Source of the DNA: Candidatus Poribacteria bacterium
GTDB taxonomy: Bacteria; Abyssobacteria; SURF-5
Direction: 5' to 3'
NCBI GenBank assembly: GCA_016215705.1
Contig: JACRIR010000209.1
Span: 16,530-80,529 of the forward strand
DNA: 64,000 bases
Every line of letters begins with the position of its first letter. Position 1 is the stretch's first letter. Below the pieces are notes generated by a model that worked only from the letters and a program-made list of their open reading frames with translations, was not told the origin of the DNA and made no database searches. Below, piece by piece: positions 18,418 to 28,911 of the stretch. Made by a program: the position numbers and the translations under genes.

Positions 18418-18621
18418 TTGCTCGGCAATATCGGCCCGACAGAACTGATTCTCATACTGCTTATCGTCATGCTTATTTTTGGGACAAGCAGAATCACCGG
18501 CATCGGTAAATCGCTCGGTACTGCGATACGCGATTTCAGAGATAGCATGAAGGGCGAGCCTCCGCAAAAAGAAAAGTCGCCGGAACAGAGCCCCAAGGAA
18601 ACTGGCAAGTCTAATGAATGA
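18418..18621 (+). CDS. tatA: twin-arginine translocase TatA
   Basis: IGPTELILILLIVMLIFG...GKSLGTAIRDFR; GGAGGT RBS. Confidence 0.9.
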   Translation: MLGNIGPTELILILLIVMLIFGTSRITGIGKSLGTAIRDFRDSMKGEPPQKEKSPEQSPKETGKSNE

Positions 18622-19330
18622 CGTGAAGATGACCTTCATCGAGCACCTTGCGGAGCTCAGAATAAGGTTGATGAAGGGGCTTGGCGCGATCGCAGTCTTC
18701 TCGGTTCTTGGATATCTTTTCCGCGGACAAATCCTGGCAGTAATCAAGAAACCGCTCGGCGAGGCGATTCAGCTTCATGCGTTCGACCTTTTTGAGCAGT
18801 TCTACGCGTCGTTGAAGCTTGCGTTCTATACCGGCCTTTTCTTCGGATTGCCTTTTTTCGTCTACCAGATTCTCATGTTTTGTCTGCCTGCCCTGAGACC
18901 GAGCGAAAGACGAATGGTCGTTGGCGGGCTCATCTCCGGCGTTGTACTCCTCTATGGCGGGATAATCTTCTCATATATCCTGATACTGCCGCAGCTCATG
19001 GCCCAGCTCTCCCGTTTTTTCTCGACAGGCGTCGAGCAGACCTTTTCTTTGACCATGTACGTTGACAAGGTTTTCCATTTTGTTATCGCGTTTGGCCTGG
19101 GATTCCAAATGCCCATAGTGCTTGTGGTGCTCGTGCGTGTCGGCGTGATCTCCGTGGAGACACTGCGGAAAAACAGGAAATATATGATAGTCCTGATCTT
19201 CGTCGTTGCGGCTGTTCTCACTCCGCCCGACGTGATATCACAAATGCTGTTGGCAATTCCTCTCATGTTCCTCTACGAGGTGAGCATCTGGGTCTCCATT
19301 TTGCTCGGAAGGGGTGAGCGCTCGGCATGA
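18614..19330 (+). CDS. tatC: twin-arginine translocase TatC
   Basis: MTFIEHLAELRIRL, PAL, FQMP, TPPDVISQ, LYE. Confidence 0.95.
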   Translation: MNDVKMTFIEHLAELRIRLMKGLGAIAVFSVLGYLFRGQILAVIKKPLGEAIQLHAFDLFEQFYASLKLAFYTGLFFGLPFFVYQILMFCLPALRPSERRMVVGGLISGVVLLYGGIIFSYILILPQLMAQLSRFFSTGVEQTFSLTMYVDKVFHFVIAFGLGFQMPIVLVVLVRVGVISVETLRKNRKYMIVLIFVVAAVLTPPDVISQMLLAIPLMFLYEVSIWVSILLGRGERSA

Positions 19331-19692
19331 TGGGTATCGGACCGATGGAGATAGTGGTTATCCTCGTGGTGACCCTCCTCGTGGTTGGCCCGGAGAAAAT
19401 GCCGGAATTAGCCCGCTCTCTCGCAAGGCTGATGCGCGACGTCCGCAGAATGATGGATGATGCGCGCGGCCAGATCGAAGAGATCACTCGCGAGGAACTC
19501 TTAAACAAGAAAGATGTCGACTCGTACTATCGCGATGTCGTTGACACCGTGAAAAAGTCGATCGATGCGCCCGATATCGATACTATCGGCCAGGAGATCA
19601 ACAAGGAGATGGAAAAGGCCATCCAACAATTGGAAAAAGAACCCGAGGAACCGCCAAAACCGGAAAACCCGCCCGCGCAACCCTCGCCGTAA
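19327..19692 (+). CDS. tatB: twin-arginine translocase TatB
   Basis: IGPMEIVVILVVTLLVVGPEKMPELARSL followed by a long helical tail. Confidence 0.85.
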   Translation: MMGIGPMEIVVILVVTLLVVGPEKMPELARSLARLMRDVRRMMDDARGQIEEITREELLNKKDVDSYYRDVVDTVKKSIDAPDIDTIGQEINKEMEKAIQQLEKEPEEPPKPENPPAQPSP

Positions 19693-19731
19693 AGAGGCGA
19701 AAGGGGAAAAAGAAGGAAGGAAGAAAAACTC

Positions 19732-20400
19732 CTAACCCCGGGTGCCCACGCCCGCCGCGCCTTGTTTGGGCCGCAGGGTGAAGGCATAGAAGTTATACGG
19801 ATAACTGTAATCGACGTGGTGGACGTCAACAAAATTAAAATCGACCCGCAGCGCATCCTCAAATGTCCTACGGTCTTTGATGCATTTCCCTCTATCAAGC
19901 TTACATATTATTCGGGCGGGAATATCCAGAACGTTTTCGGGCAACATGCAATCCACAATCACCACGATAGCCTCGCTTTTGCAGACACTGGCGATTTCCT
20001 TGAGGGCCTTTTTCATGCTCTCCATGTCAATATGATGAAAGATAACAATGCTGAATACGAAGTCGAAAGTTTCTCTCTTAAAGGGTAAAAGGGTAACGTC
20101 TCCACAAACGAATTGCAGCCGCTTTTGCGACTTGCCTGCGAGATACTTCGGATTGATATCGAGCGCGTAGTAGTTGCTCTCGAACAAATGAGCGTACCTC
20201 CCTGTGCCGCACCCGACGTCAAGGATTCTTCCCCGCGCGTTCTCAGCAAGAAGCCTTTCAATATGCTTCAACGCTCTTTTCCTGCCAATCGAAAAGATTT
20301 CTTGGGAAAGATCATATATAAACGGAATCTCAAGGACTTGGTATATCTTCCGAGACAGCCTCTGGATCAGTCCCTGGTCAGGTTTTCTTTCGGATGCCAA
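19732..20400 (-). CDS. class I SAM-dependent methyltransferase
   Basis: ILDVGCGTG, GDVTLLPF, FDFVF...FHH. Confidence 0.85.
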   Translation of the reverse strand: MASERKPDQGLIQRLSRKIYQVLEIPFIYDLSQEIFSIGRKRALKHIERLLAENARGRILDVGCGTGRYAHLFESNYYALDINPKYLAGKSQKRLQFVCGDVTLLPFKRETFDFVFSIVIFHHIDMESMKKALKEIASVCKSEAIVVIVDCMLPENVLDIPARIICKLDRGKCIKDRRTFEDALRVDFNFVDVHHVDYSYPYNFYAFTLRPKQGAAGVGTRG

Positions 20401-20464
20401 CGCAAGAGTCCTCCCTGTTTCAACCTGGTCTGGCGAGGTCGGATTTGGGCTTCTTCACACAGGT

Positions 20465-23386
20465 TCAATGTGGCGCTAATTTTATCCGGCACTCGCGCAT
20501 CGATGTATCTATTCTCACGGGCACAATGTCGAACCTGTCCGATGACCCTGCCATGAAAACGAGTTTGTTATACACCGGCTTCATGCGACCGTCGGGAACA
20601 AGCTGCAGGAATCTGAAGCTGTGGTCTCCTTTCGCAAGCTTGAGAATCGCCTGCGCTTCCCATCGATCATTCTCCGGTGGGGGAGATTCGGAAGCCGTAT
20701 TGAATACCCTGACCGTGAATTCATTGTCAACAAAGAGTTGATATGCCTGGGGCGGGAACTCCATCAGCAGATCATAGATTCCATCTTCTTCCAAATGAAT
20801 CTTCGTCTCAAGGAGTTGAGGCGTCTGGAAATTCGTCTTTCCTTCTGTGCCTTCCACGGTTTGCGGATTATAGGGTGTAATTGGCTCAAAGGGCCGGCGA
20901 AATCCTTCGACGTGCTTGCTCGATGCCAACGGCGCGTAACAGAAGACCAGAATCAGAACCAGCGCAACGCCTTCGCGATATTTCCGATCTGAGAGGAGAA
21001 TTCCAAAAACAGAAAGCAGTCCCATGATACTGAGAGCTAACCCGAGATAGAATGCGCGCGGCTGATAAGAGAAGGTTACCGTGTGTTTTCCGGCCGGAAC
21101 GGGAACGCCGCGGAAGACGTAGTTTGTCCGGTATATTCTCACCGGTTCTTCATCGACGCTTGCTTTCCATCCCGGGAAGAAGACCTCGCTCGAGAAAAGG
21201 AAACCCGGACGCGGAATGTCAATTTCCACCCTGACAAACTCGTTTCGGGATTCAATCATCCTGGCTTCATTCTTGATCTGCAATAATCTGTCCGTTTCGT
21301 TGACGGCCCTCTCCGTTCTCCCACTCCTCAATGCGGAAAACTCATGCGGCAGGTCTTCCTCGATGTAGTTCCTGTTCAAGGGGTCAAACTCGGGGGAAAG
21401 CATTCTCTCAATGATGTCGGCGCGCGGGAGTTTCTCCACCCCGTAGACAACGAAATGCCTCGGGAGGAAAAACTCCACCCCGAATCTGGTGTTCAACAAA
21501 CTCCTGACTCGCCTGCTTTCCCGCGTTTTCAAGAAGAAATAATTCGTGTCAAACAGGCTCCCTTCATAACCAGTCATGGAATAGGGGGGATTGTAACTGG
21601 GCAGCGTGCTGTTGACGCAGAGGAAAGGCTGGATCATGAGACTGTCGATCCTGCCTATTCTCTCCAACTCCGGCGCCGGAATGTGGTAGTAGTTCGCGTT
21701 GAGACGATTGGTTAGTTGAGACCTCGCATCCTTGATCCCGGGGTCGGTCTTGCTGTAGTAAGCGAAACCGACCCGCGGGCCGGCTTCCTTGCGAAAAGTG
21801 GAATGCGACAAGTCTGCGACCACTATTGCCACCGCGAGCCAGGGAAAGATGCGGCTTTGCCTTCCCCTCCGGAAACCGGATAATAGAACAATCAGCGCCA
21901 GGAATGAGACGATGGCCCACACGGTATAATCGTGGCGGTAGAGTCGGCTTTGCATGTAAGGCGCGAGCCCGGGAAAGAGCCAAATAATCGCACAGATTGT
22001 CAAGAGCGCTGCGACTGCGCTCATTACGGCCAATTTGACATTATTCGGAACCGTCCCCTTCCCTGTCAGCGTGTCCATCCCATAGCCTGAGAGCGCTGCG
22101 ACGCAAAACATGTTTAATATTAGAGTTCTTCCCGGATTCGTGAGCCCCTTGAACAAAGGAACGTAATCGTACACAAATCTCTGAAGCGGAAGACTGAACG
22201 CGGATTTTGTCGAGTACACGGCTGTTATCAGAATGGCGAAGACAAAAAACTTCTTATGCTTGTATCGCTTGTCTTGGGATATAACTCCAACGAACGCGAG
22301 AATGAGCGACAGCAGTCCCACATAATGATCTCTCTCCGTATATGCGATGGAAGGCAAAATGTAGCCCAAGACAGTTTGTGCGGGTGTGCATCCGTAAATC
22401 AGCGTTTCGGCCAGGTCGAACCCACCCTGCCTGTTATAGTGCGAAATATACTCCAGGCCGGGCAGCAACTGAACGGAGACAAGACAGATTGCCAGAGCGA
22501 TTGCCACGCCAAAGTATAGAAGGGCCAGGGCATATTTCTTTCTGTCAAAGTAGGAATGATGAATCTGTTCCGCAATTGCGTTGGTGCGTAGGGCCGCTGT
22601 GTGCGCGGATTTGTTCTCAGAGGACTCCCGGCCTGTGTCGGACTTTGGCCCGCGAACAAGGCGCCCACACAATTGTGCGACGGAGTCATGCTTCTCGACG
22701 AGGGCGAAAGCAAGAATGAGGGCAATGAATCCCACGGAATAAATGAAATTCGCCGGGTAGTTTGCGAAGTATGACATGGCAAATAGCAGGGAAAGACATG
22801 CGATATGTCTCCTGCGGGGCTGTTGAAGCAGCCTGAATGCGAATAGAACCAGCAACGGGAGCCACATGATACTGTGCGCCGCGCCCGCAGTCCTCATTAT
22901 ATCTTCCAGCCGCAGATTGAATCCCCATACAATAGCGCCCACCAGAGCGCCCCATCTGTTGATCTTCAGGTCCCTCATGAGAAAGTAGAAAAAGCAGCCG
23001 GTCAGTCCCTTCGCCGCAAAAAGATAGACGATGAATCTGCAAAACGGCAGTATGTGGTCAGGGTTATTGAACTTGGACAAGGCAATGGTGAGTGGATAAA
23101 GGACGCCCGAGAGGGGAGAGGCAAAATATGGCGCCCCAAACCCCCAGTTCGGGAGCCATAGCCCGAGTTCTCCGTTGAGCAAGAGGCCGGTGCTCGCGGC
23201 AAGGATATTGTACGTCTGGACGAAGTCGTTCCCGAAAGGGTAAATCTTCGGAAACGGTCCAAAGGCAAAGAAGACGTTCCAATTGACGAGGAGAGGGAGG
23301 AAGAGTATCAACGCCACGGGGGCGAGATCAAACTTATATTCTCCGATGGCCTGGCTTATCCGCGTTTTCAACGAGAACTCCTGCAA
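20465..23386 (-). CDS. YfhO-family membrane glycosyltransferase (GT-C-like)
   Basis: LWLP...GAPY...LYP, many TM helices, SEVFFPGWKASVD...FRGVPVPAGKHTVTFSYQP. Confidence 0.82.
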   Translation of the reverse strand: MQEFSLKTRISQAIGEYKFDLAPVALILFLPLLVNWNVFFAFGPFPKIYPFGNDFVQTYNILAASTGLLLNGELGLWLPNWGFGAPYFASPLSGVLYPLTIALSKFNNPDHILPFCRFIVYLFAAKGLTGCFFYFLMRDLKINRWGALVGAIVWGFNLRLEDIMRTAGAAHSIMWLPLLVLFAFRLLQQPRRRHIACLSLLFAMSYFANYPANFIYSVGFIALILAFALVEKHDSVAQLCGRLVRGPKSDTGRESSENKSAHTAALRTNAIAEQIHHSYFDRKKYALALLYFGVAIALAICLVSVQLLPGLEYISHYNRQGGFDLAETLIYGCTPAQTVLGYILPSIAYTERDHYVGLLSLILAFVGVISQDKRYKHKKFFVFAILITAVYSTKSAFSLPLQRFVYDYVPLFKGLTNPGRTLILNMFCVAALSGYGMDTLTGKGTVPNNVKLAVMSAVAALLTICAIIWLFPGLAPYMQSRLYRHDYTVWAIVSFLALIVLLSGFRRGRQSRIFPWLAVAIVVADLSHSTFRKEAGPRVGFAYYSKTDPGIKDARSQLTNRLNANYYHIPAPELERIGRIDSLMIQPFLCVNSTLPSYNPPYSMTGYEGSLFDTNYFFLKTRESRRVRSLLNTRFGVEFFLPRHFVVYGVEKLPRADIIERMLSPEFDPLNRNYIEEDLPHEFSALRSGRTERAVNETDRLLQIKNEARMIESRNEFVRVEIDIPRPGFLFSSEVFFPGWKASVDEEPVRIYRTNYVFRGVPVPAGKHTVTFSYQPRAFYLGLALSIMGLLSVFGILLSDRKYREGVALVLILVFCYAPLASSKHVEGFRRPFEPITPYNPQTVEGTEGKTNFQTPQLLETKIHLEEDGIYDLLMEFPPQAYQLFVDNEFTVRVFNTASESPPPENDRWEAQAILKLAKGDHSFRFLQLVPDGRMKPVYNKLVFMAGSSDRFDIVPVRIDTSMRECRIKLAPH

Positions 23387-23484
23387 GTCTTCCGATACTG
23401 ATTTCCGGGTCGGTTATTCAACAACTGTGCCGGTGCGAATTTCTGCGCATATTATTCTCGCTCATAATTGCTGGATAGATTCGG

Positions 23485-25650
23485 CTATACATGTCTTCTC
23501 TTCTGTGAAGTCCATGAGATGAGAAAAAAGGCTGCCATAAGCCCAAGGCCGGCAGCGGACATCCAGGCTCCGACAAGCAGACTTCTCGGTCGAAAAGAAA
23601 ACTCTACATCGTGCCTTCCCGCGTCAACGACACAACCCATGAAATCCCCATAGACTCGCACTACCGGCCTCTCCCTTCCATCCACGCTTGCTTGCCAGCC
23701 TTTATGATAACTTTCGGACAGAATCAGGAGTTGTTTTGTTTCGGCCAGAGTCGCGACTCGAATCTTGCCAGGATGATCATGCGTGATGGTCGCCTTGCCC
23801 GGCGTACCCTCCTGCAGCGCAACCGACGAGGGAACGAGCGCCGTAGTTTCGACATCGATAGTATCGATGTCACTCTTGGGGTCAGAACCGACGAGCGCCT
23901 GTGCAACCAGTCTTGCCCTTGGAAGCGGAGCAGGCACTTCCGCTCCATAGACGCTTCCACTCAACGCATACAGCCCTTGCTTGTGTTTCTCCCAAACCCA
24001 ATGCACGTTTGCCACCCGCAAACGTGCGAGACTCATAGGTTCAAGTTGTTGCCTGGGCGGTATGCAGACAAACCCGCCCGCAATTCGGACCCCTTTCATG
24101 AGCCAGACGTTGTCGTCCGACATGAGACGGTACCGCGAGACGTCGGGAGGCGTTGGCGCAAAACCGTAGAAGCCTTCGAGCTTTGTTCCCGGCTCATTAT
24201 CCCGGATATAAGTCAACCCGTAGATACCCTGATCCGCGACGGCGAACAGAATCATCCCTGCGAAGGCCCATCGTTTTCCGCGCGCCGCCATAATAATAAT
24301 TGCGCCCGCCAGGATCATGAGAAGCGGATCGGAGAGGATAAGGTTTCTCGATGCGACACCCGAAGCAAAGTGTTGAGCCAATGTCGGGGTCTTTTCGGCC
24401 TTGGCAAGGAGAAAGAGTACGGCGAGCGATATGCTTGCGAGGGGGGCCAGCCCCAGCGGCCAAAGCTTCCTCCATGCGAGTCGGCCGCAAGATTGCACAA
24501 TCCTTGAGATGTCCGTATAGGCAATGGATGCCCCAATGGCCAAGGCAAGTTGAAACAGCAGGATATACCGGCAGGGCGCGCGAAATGCTCCAATAACCGG
24601 CACGAGAGTCTGGAGCCGATACAGATAGCCGTGCTGCCCCAGGGAAAGAATTCCCGACAAGGTGGCCAACCCGATGACTCCCGTCGCAAGTGTCCGCAAA
24701 GCCCCCAACTCCTTTCTACGGACTATGAGCAGGGCCAATAATATCACTGGAAGTGTCCCTATATATATCTTTAGTTCATATGGGATTCCACGAAACGCAA
24801 AGTCGTTGAATGAATATGGCGACAACAATTGCAATATGTGAATCGGGCGCAGACTGGGCCAGTAACGAGACCATGCTGGGTCAGTCCGACTAGTAATAGA
24901 AAGGGCGTCCCATGACGGTATAAGTTGAATGCCGCCCGCCAACACGCCGAGCAACTTGGCGATTCCAAGCGCCGAAAGCCGCCCCCAACACCGAAGCGAG
25001 AGAAGCAGGAGGAGTGTATACAAGGCTTCGGCCGACGATGAAATCCAGAAGACCTGGGGATGACCCAGAAGCAGTTGGGATGCTGTGAACAGTCCCACGC
25101 CTAACTTGGCAAATGCCACTTGGCGCCCATCGATCCCCCGCAACGCAACATCGATTGAAAACAAAAGCCAGGGAATATGCGCAGCGACGGAAACGGCATT
25201 ATAATGCACATAGTGCAACAGGTTAAACCCCGAGAATGTAAATACGAGTGCCCCAAATACACTCGCGTCGCGCGGAATCTGCCAGCGTCGCAAGAATAAG
25301 AACATGCCAGCCATCATGAAAGGATAATTGAGAAGCATCTCAAGGTTGAATGCTGCTCCGAACGGAAATATGCTGTAGAGAATCAGATGAAGGGGGTGGA
25401 GCATGCCCGCTCCACCGTCGCCATGGAGGTAGAATCCACATAGGACACTTGGAAGCCACAGGAAGCTGTCGCCTGACGCCAGACTCTGCGCATAGAAAAA
25501 GCGCATGGGGAGATGGTATCTGCTAAGGTCATCGTGTTTGTAGACTTGACCCTTGAACAAGGGCAGTCCGAGCAGACAAAGAATGATTAAACCCGCCGCC
25601 AGCCCCAGCCAAAAAGAACGGTTCTCTGTTCTGCGTTCATCCATATTCAT
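23485..25650 (-). CDS. YfhO-family membrane glycosyltransferase (GT-C-like)
   Basis: LWLP...GFYL...LHP, GHPQ, FRAPCRY, SESYHKGWQASVDG...AGRHDVEFSFRP. Confidence 0.82.
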   Translation of the reverse strand: MNMDERRTENRSFWLGLAAGLIILCLLGLPLFKGQVYKHDDLSRYHLPMRFFYAQSLASGDSFLWLPSVLCGFYLHGDGGAGMLHPLHLILYSIFPFGAAFNLEMLLNYPFMMAGMFLFLRRWQIPRDASVFGALVFTFSGFNLLHYVHYNAVSVAAHIPWLLFSIDVALRGIDGRQVAFAKLGVGLFTASQLLLGHPQVFWISSSAEALYTLLLLLSLRCWGRLSALGIAKLLGVLAGGIQLIPSWDALSITSRTDPAWSRYWPSLRPIHILQLLSPYSFNDFAFRGIPYELKIYIGTLPVILLALLIVRRKELGALRTLATGVIGLATLSGILSLGQHGYLYRLQTLVPVIGAFRAPCRYILLFQLALAIGASIAYTDISRIVQSCGRLAWRKLWPLGLAPLASISLAVLFLLAKAEKTPTLAQHFASGVASRNLILSDPLLMILAGAIIIMAARGKRWAFAGMILFAVADQGIYGLTYIRDNEPGTKLEGFYGFAPTPPDVSRYRLMSDDNVWLMKGVRIAGGFVCIPPRQQLEPMSLARLRVANVHWVWEKHKQGLYALSGSVYGAEVPAPLPRARLVAQALVGSDPKSDIDTIDVETTALVPSSVALQEGTPGKATITHDHPGKIRVATLAETKQLLILSESYHKGWQASVDGRERPVVRVYGDFMGCVVDAGRHDVEFSFRPRSLLVGAWMSAAGLGLMAAFFLISWTSQKRRHV

Positions 25651-25724
25651 CTGTACTACTCATTTTCAAAATCACAAATTCTTGTCGTGATTTCTTGCAC
25701 GAACCTAACGCATATTAGTCACAC

Positions 25725-26034
25725 GGGCGCAATGAATTGCGCCCCTACAGACACGAATCAAGATGCTCCGTAGGGGCGCGATTCATCGCGCCCGATTCGT
25801 GCTGTTTGGTTGCGGCTATGCTGCGCTGTACTACTCACGTTCGAAATCATGAATTCGTGTCGCAATTTCCTCTTCTTCTTTTTCGTAAAATCCGTGTCCA
25901 TCCGTGTGCATCTGTGGCTAAGATGCCTCTTTTTCTTCTTCTCCCCAAATCCGTGGAATCCGTGAAATCCGTGGTTCCCTTTGTTTCTTCTTTTGTTTGG
26001 TTGCGGCTCTGCCGCGCTATGTTCATCTGCGGTT
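25725..26034. repeat. intergenic mosaic of several repeat families
   Basis: GTAG-type pair at 25725-25748 and 25770-25793; TGTTTGGTTGCGGCT..GC.GCGCT at 25803 and 25994; ATCCGTG 9-10-mer tandems between them. Confidence 0.75.
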
Positions 26035-27591
26035 AATATCACTGTTTCGGCTTATCGCGTAGATGCGAATCGCCGGGCCGCGCGATCTGCCGGCTTCGCT
26101 CGGCCATTCACGCAAAAGCGGAAACTTGAACAACGGATCGTAGGAGCGAAAGCCAAACGCGCGATACCTCGGCCACTGCATTTCGCTTATGACGACGTAG
26201 TCATAGTTCAGAACTATTTCCTCGAATGGAATTCGACTGATCGTCCACGCCCATCCCGTCCTGAACTTTCCGGCGAAATACAGTTGCGGACAGTATGCCT
26301 CGTACAATATGCGCGAGCCCGCAGGAACAGCCGCAGTTATCCATTCGTATGCCAGCGTTCGATTGTCCGGCCGTCTCATCTCTTGCCATGTCGCGCGTGT
26401 CCTTTGAAACAGAATCCAACCGGCGAGAACGAAAACGATAATCAAGGGTAACTTGGCGCGGACCGCTGTTCGTTTCCTCTCCAAAGCTGACAACGATGTC
26501 CCGAAGGCGCCCCACACTCCTACTGCGGTCAGGCAACAGAGAGCCGGAAGCGATGGGAGAAGATGACGCGGGAAATATACCTTGGCAGTGCTGACCATTC
26601 CCAGAAATAAGATTGACGCAGCGCCGGCCAGAGCGAGCGGCTTCCTGGTAGTTATCTCTCGAGCCGCAAGCGGAGAGAGCAAGGCGAATAAGACAAGAAA
26701 TGAATGCTGATTGAGAAGGCTATTGATTGCCTTAAAAAGGCTTACCCCTTGATCTGCGCCGGGATGACCGGATGAATAGTGCACGAAGTCATAGGGCATT
26801 CCTACAGCGGGGTCGAGAAAAGTCTTGATGTCCAGAATGGAGTATGGCGTGGTTACGACGAAAACGGCAATAGACAGCAGTACGGCAAGCGTGAGCCTGC
26901 TCAGGACCCAACGAAACGGTTTCCTGACAAGCCATATGGCCAGAGGAACAGCAAAAAGAACCGCTGCGCCGTTGTATTTGGAGCCCGCGGCCAGTCCGCC
27001 AAATATCACGGCGCTCCAGAGATGGCGCTCTCTGCATTGCCCTCGCTCTGCCGAATCTGTAAAGGCTACCAGTTGCATCAATGACGCAGTGACGAAAAAG
27101 GCCATAGGCATTTCCAGTGTCACATAAGCTGCGCTTTCACGAACAAGGTTGCTCCCGATGAATGTGAGCCCTGCCAGTGAAGCTAAGAGGGGTGAAGTCA
27201 TACGCGACGTAAGCCGCAGAATCAGATAGAGCGTGCCTAAGGAGAAGCAAACCGTCGCAATGCGCGCGGTGTGGTAAATATCGAACACTTCGGGATTTAC
27301 CCCGCGCACGCTCAGGGGCAGACACAACGGGAGAGGAGCGTCGAAAAGAAACTGGAGAAGCTTCAGGATGCCCGCATGCGCGTAGATGACTAGCGACGGG
27401 TAATGGAACCAATGTGGATTCAAATCTCCCGTCAGCGCCATCCGCGCCGCTCGACTGATCACATCGGGCTCATCCGCATGATAGATGAATGGGGCGTTGA
27501 TGTTCGAGTAGCTCCCCCAGTACACTGCTGCAAACGCAAGCAACGCTACATGCGTCGCGAACGAGGAGTAATCACGCCGGGCGGTTATCAA
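26023..27591 (-). CDS. ArnT/PMT-like (GT-C) membrane glycosyltransferase
   Basis: HADEP, LNPHWFHYP, GLAAGSKY, TTPY; multiple TM helices. Confidence 0.8.
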   Translation of the reverse strand: MITARRDYSSFATHVALLAFAAVYWGSYSNINAPFIYHADEPDVISRAARMALTGDLNPHWFHYPSLVIYAHAGILKLLQFLFDAPLPLCLPLSVRGVNPEVFDIYHTARIATVCFSLGTLYLILRLTSRMTSPLLASLAGLTFIGSNLVRESAAYVTLEMPMAFFVTASLMQLVAFTDSAERGQCRERHLWSAVIFGGLAAGSKYNGAAVLFAVPLAIWLVRKPFRWVLSRLTLAVLLSIAVFVVTTPYSILDIKTFLDPAVGMPYDFVHYSSGHPGADQGVSLFKAINSLLNQHSFLVLFALLSPLAAREITTRKPLALAGAASILFLGMVSTAKVYFPRHLLPSLPALCCLTAVGVWGAFGTSLSALERKRTAVRAKLPLIIVFVLAGWILFQRTRATWQEMRRPDNRTLAYEWITAAVPAGSRILYEAYCPQLYFAGKFRTGWAWTISRIPFEEIVLNYDYVVISEMQWPRYRAFGFRSYDPLFKFPLLREWPSEAGRSRGPAIRIYAISRNSDINRR

Positions 27592-27607
27592 AGCAGTCTC
27601 TTAATAC

Positions 27608-28549
27608 CTATCGGATTCTCTCAAATAGCGCTTCTATATCCGACACAAGCAGATTGTCTAGACATGTGGTCTTGCTCTTGAAGCATGAAGGGAATCTGGC
27701 AATCAAATCCATATGCAAGGGATTGTACGTTTCGCGATATCTCACCTTTCTCAGTTTGTGGGAGTACCGGTTCCACAGTCCGCGATAGTCTTCCACTGAC
27801 CATTTGTTCAGTTCGTTCAAAGTGACCGGCGACAATCCTCTCGTGCGTGTGAAGTCCTCGAGTAACTCTTTGGGAAAAAGCAACTGGTGGTAGGGAACAG
27901 TGATTGATCTATAGCCATGTGAGCCTTTCGGAGACATATACAAAGGTCCAAAGACGAGATAAATATATCCACCCTTCCTGACCACACGTACGGCTTCCTG
28001 CAGGACCAACTCAGGCTCAGGAAAGTGCTCGAATGCGTTATAGGAAAAAACGAAATCGAACGTTTCATCATCAAACCGCAGATGCGCGGCATCCATTTGC
28101 AGAAACTTGGCGCCTTCACTGGCCGCTCTCTCATCGAATCCGTCGGCTCTGATGTCGATGGCGGTCGCCATTTTGCCGTGCCGCTTCAGAAAGTAACTCG
28201 TCATTCCATCCCAACACCCAAGCTCCAGAAAAGAATTCATGGTATCCGCTCTGTCTTTTACCAGTCTCAAGATTTCCCCCGCCCTGTCTCTTCCTCTCTT
28301 TTCTTGGCTTTGGGGATCGCGACCGTAGCTCGTGGAAAAGGGATATTCATCTTGCAGCGATTTCAAGACGTCCAGCCCCAGCCATGCGGGTGTCACCGTC
28401 GATTGATCAAGAATACTCCTGATTCCCCGCGTCCTCAGTTTTGTGAAGAGAAGTATTAATTTGTCAAAAACTCTCTTGGGAATGAATTTCAGGAGGAGGG
28501 GCCGCAGTATTGGCGAAGAGGCCATCCTCTGAAGAATCGTTTGAATCAT
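27608..28549 (-). CDS. class I SAM-dependent methyltransferase
   Basis: FLELGCWDG, MDAAHL.F...FDFVFSYNAFEH, RVVRKGG. Confidence 0.85.
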   Translation of the reverse strand: MIQTILQRMASSPILRPLLLKFIPKRVFDKLILLFTKLRTRGIRSILDQSTVTPAWLGLDVLKSLQDEYPFSTSYGRDPQSQEKRGRDRAGEILRLVKDRADTMNSFLELGCWDGMTSYFLKRHGKMATAIDIRADGFDERAASEGAKFLQMDAAHLRFDDETFDFVFSYNAFEHFPEPELVLQEAVRVVRKGGYIYLVFGPLYMSPKGSHGYRSITVPYHQLLFPKELLEDFTRTRGLSPVTLNELNKWSVEDYRGLWNRYSHKLRKVRYRETYNPLHMDLIARFPSCFKSKTTCLDNLLVSDIEALFERIR

Positions 28550-28786
28550 CCTGCGGTCCTTCTTATTCGCTAAATCCGGAGGCTGCCGCCCGCAAACATA
28601 CGGCCTTCTCTTGCGCCTCTTCCGTGATCAATAACATCACGCATGTCCTTGACCTTACTAAGATTAGCCTAACCTAACTTGCAAAGTCAAGCGCCGATCG
28701 GCGCAAATCCGGTGGTTGCGGGATTGCGGGTGCATGCTTGACAAATCGTGTCTTATACTCTATTTTGAGATTGCCGCACACCAAGT

Positions 28787-28812
28787 GGATTCCCGCTTTC
28801 AGGGGAGTGACA
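28787..28812. repeat. degenerate GTCA-tagged REP-like half element
   Basis: GGATTCCCGCTTTCAGGGGAGTGACA in the leader of the next gene. Confidence 0.4.
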
Positions 28813-28911
28813 CAGAAACAAACATGCGGATCGCTTCAGGTTCCTTTGAGAATCACGACGGAGATTCCAGGAATCGGGAAAAACAGTACAGAATCATGCG
28901 TGAGGCCCATA

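Noticed and set aside
25737-26451. ORFs in the repeat mosaic
   Set aside because: Translations are read-throughs of the repeats or antisense to the GT-C gene.
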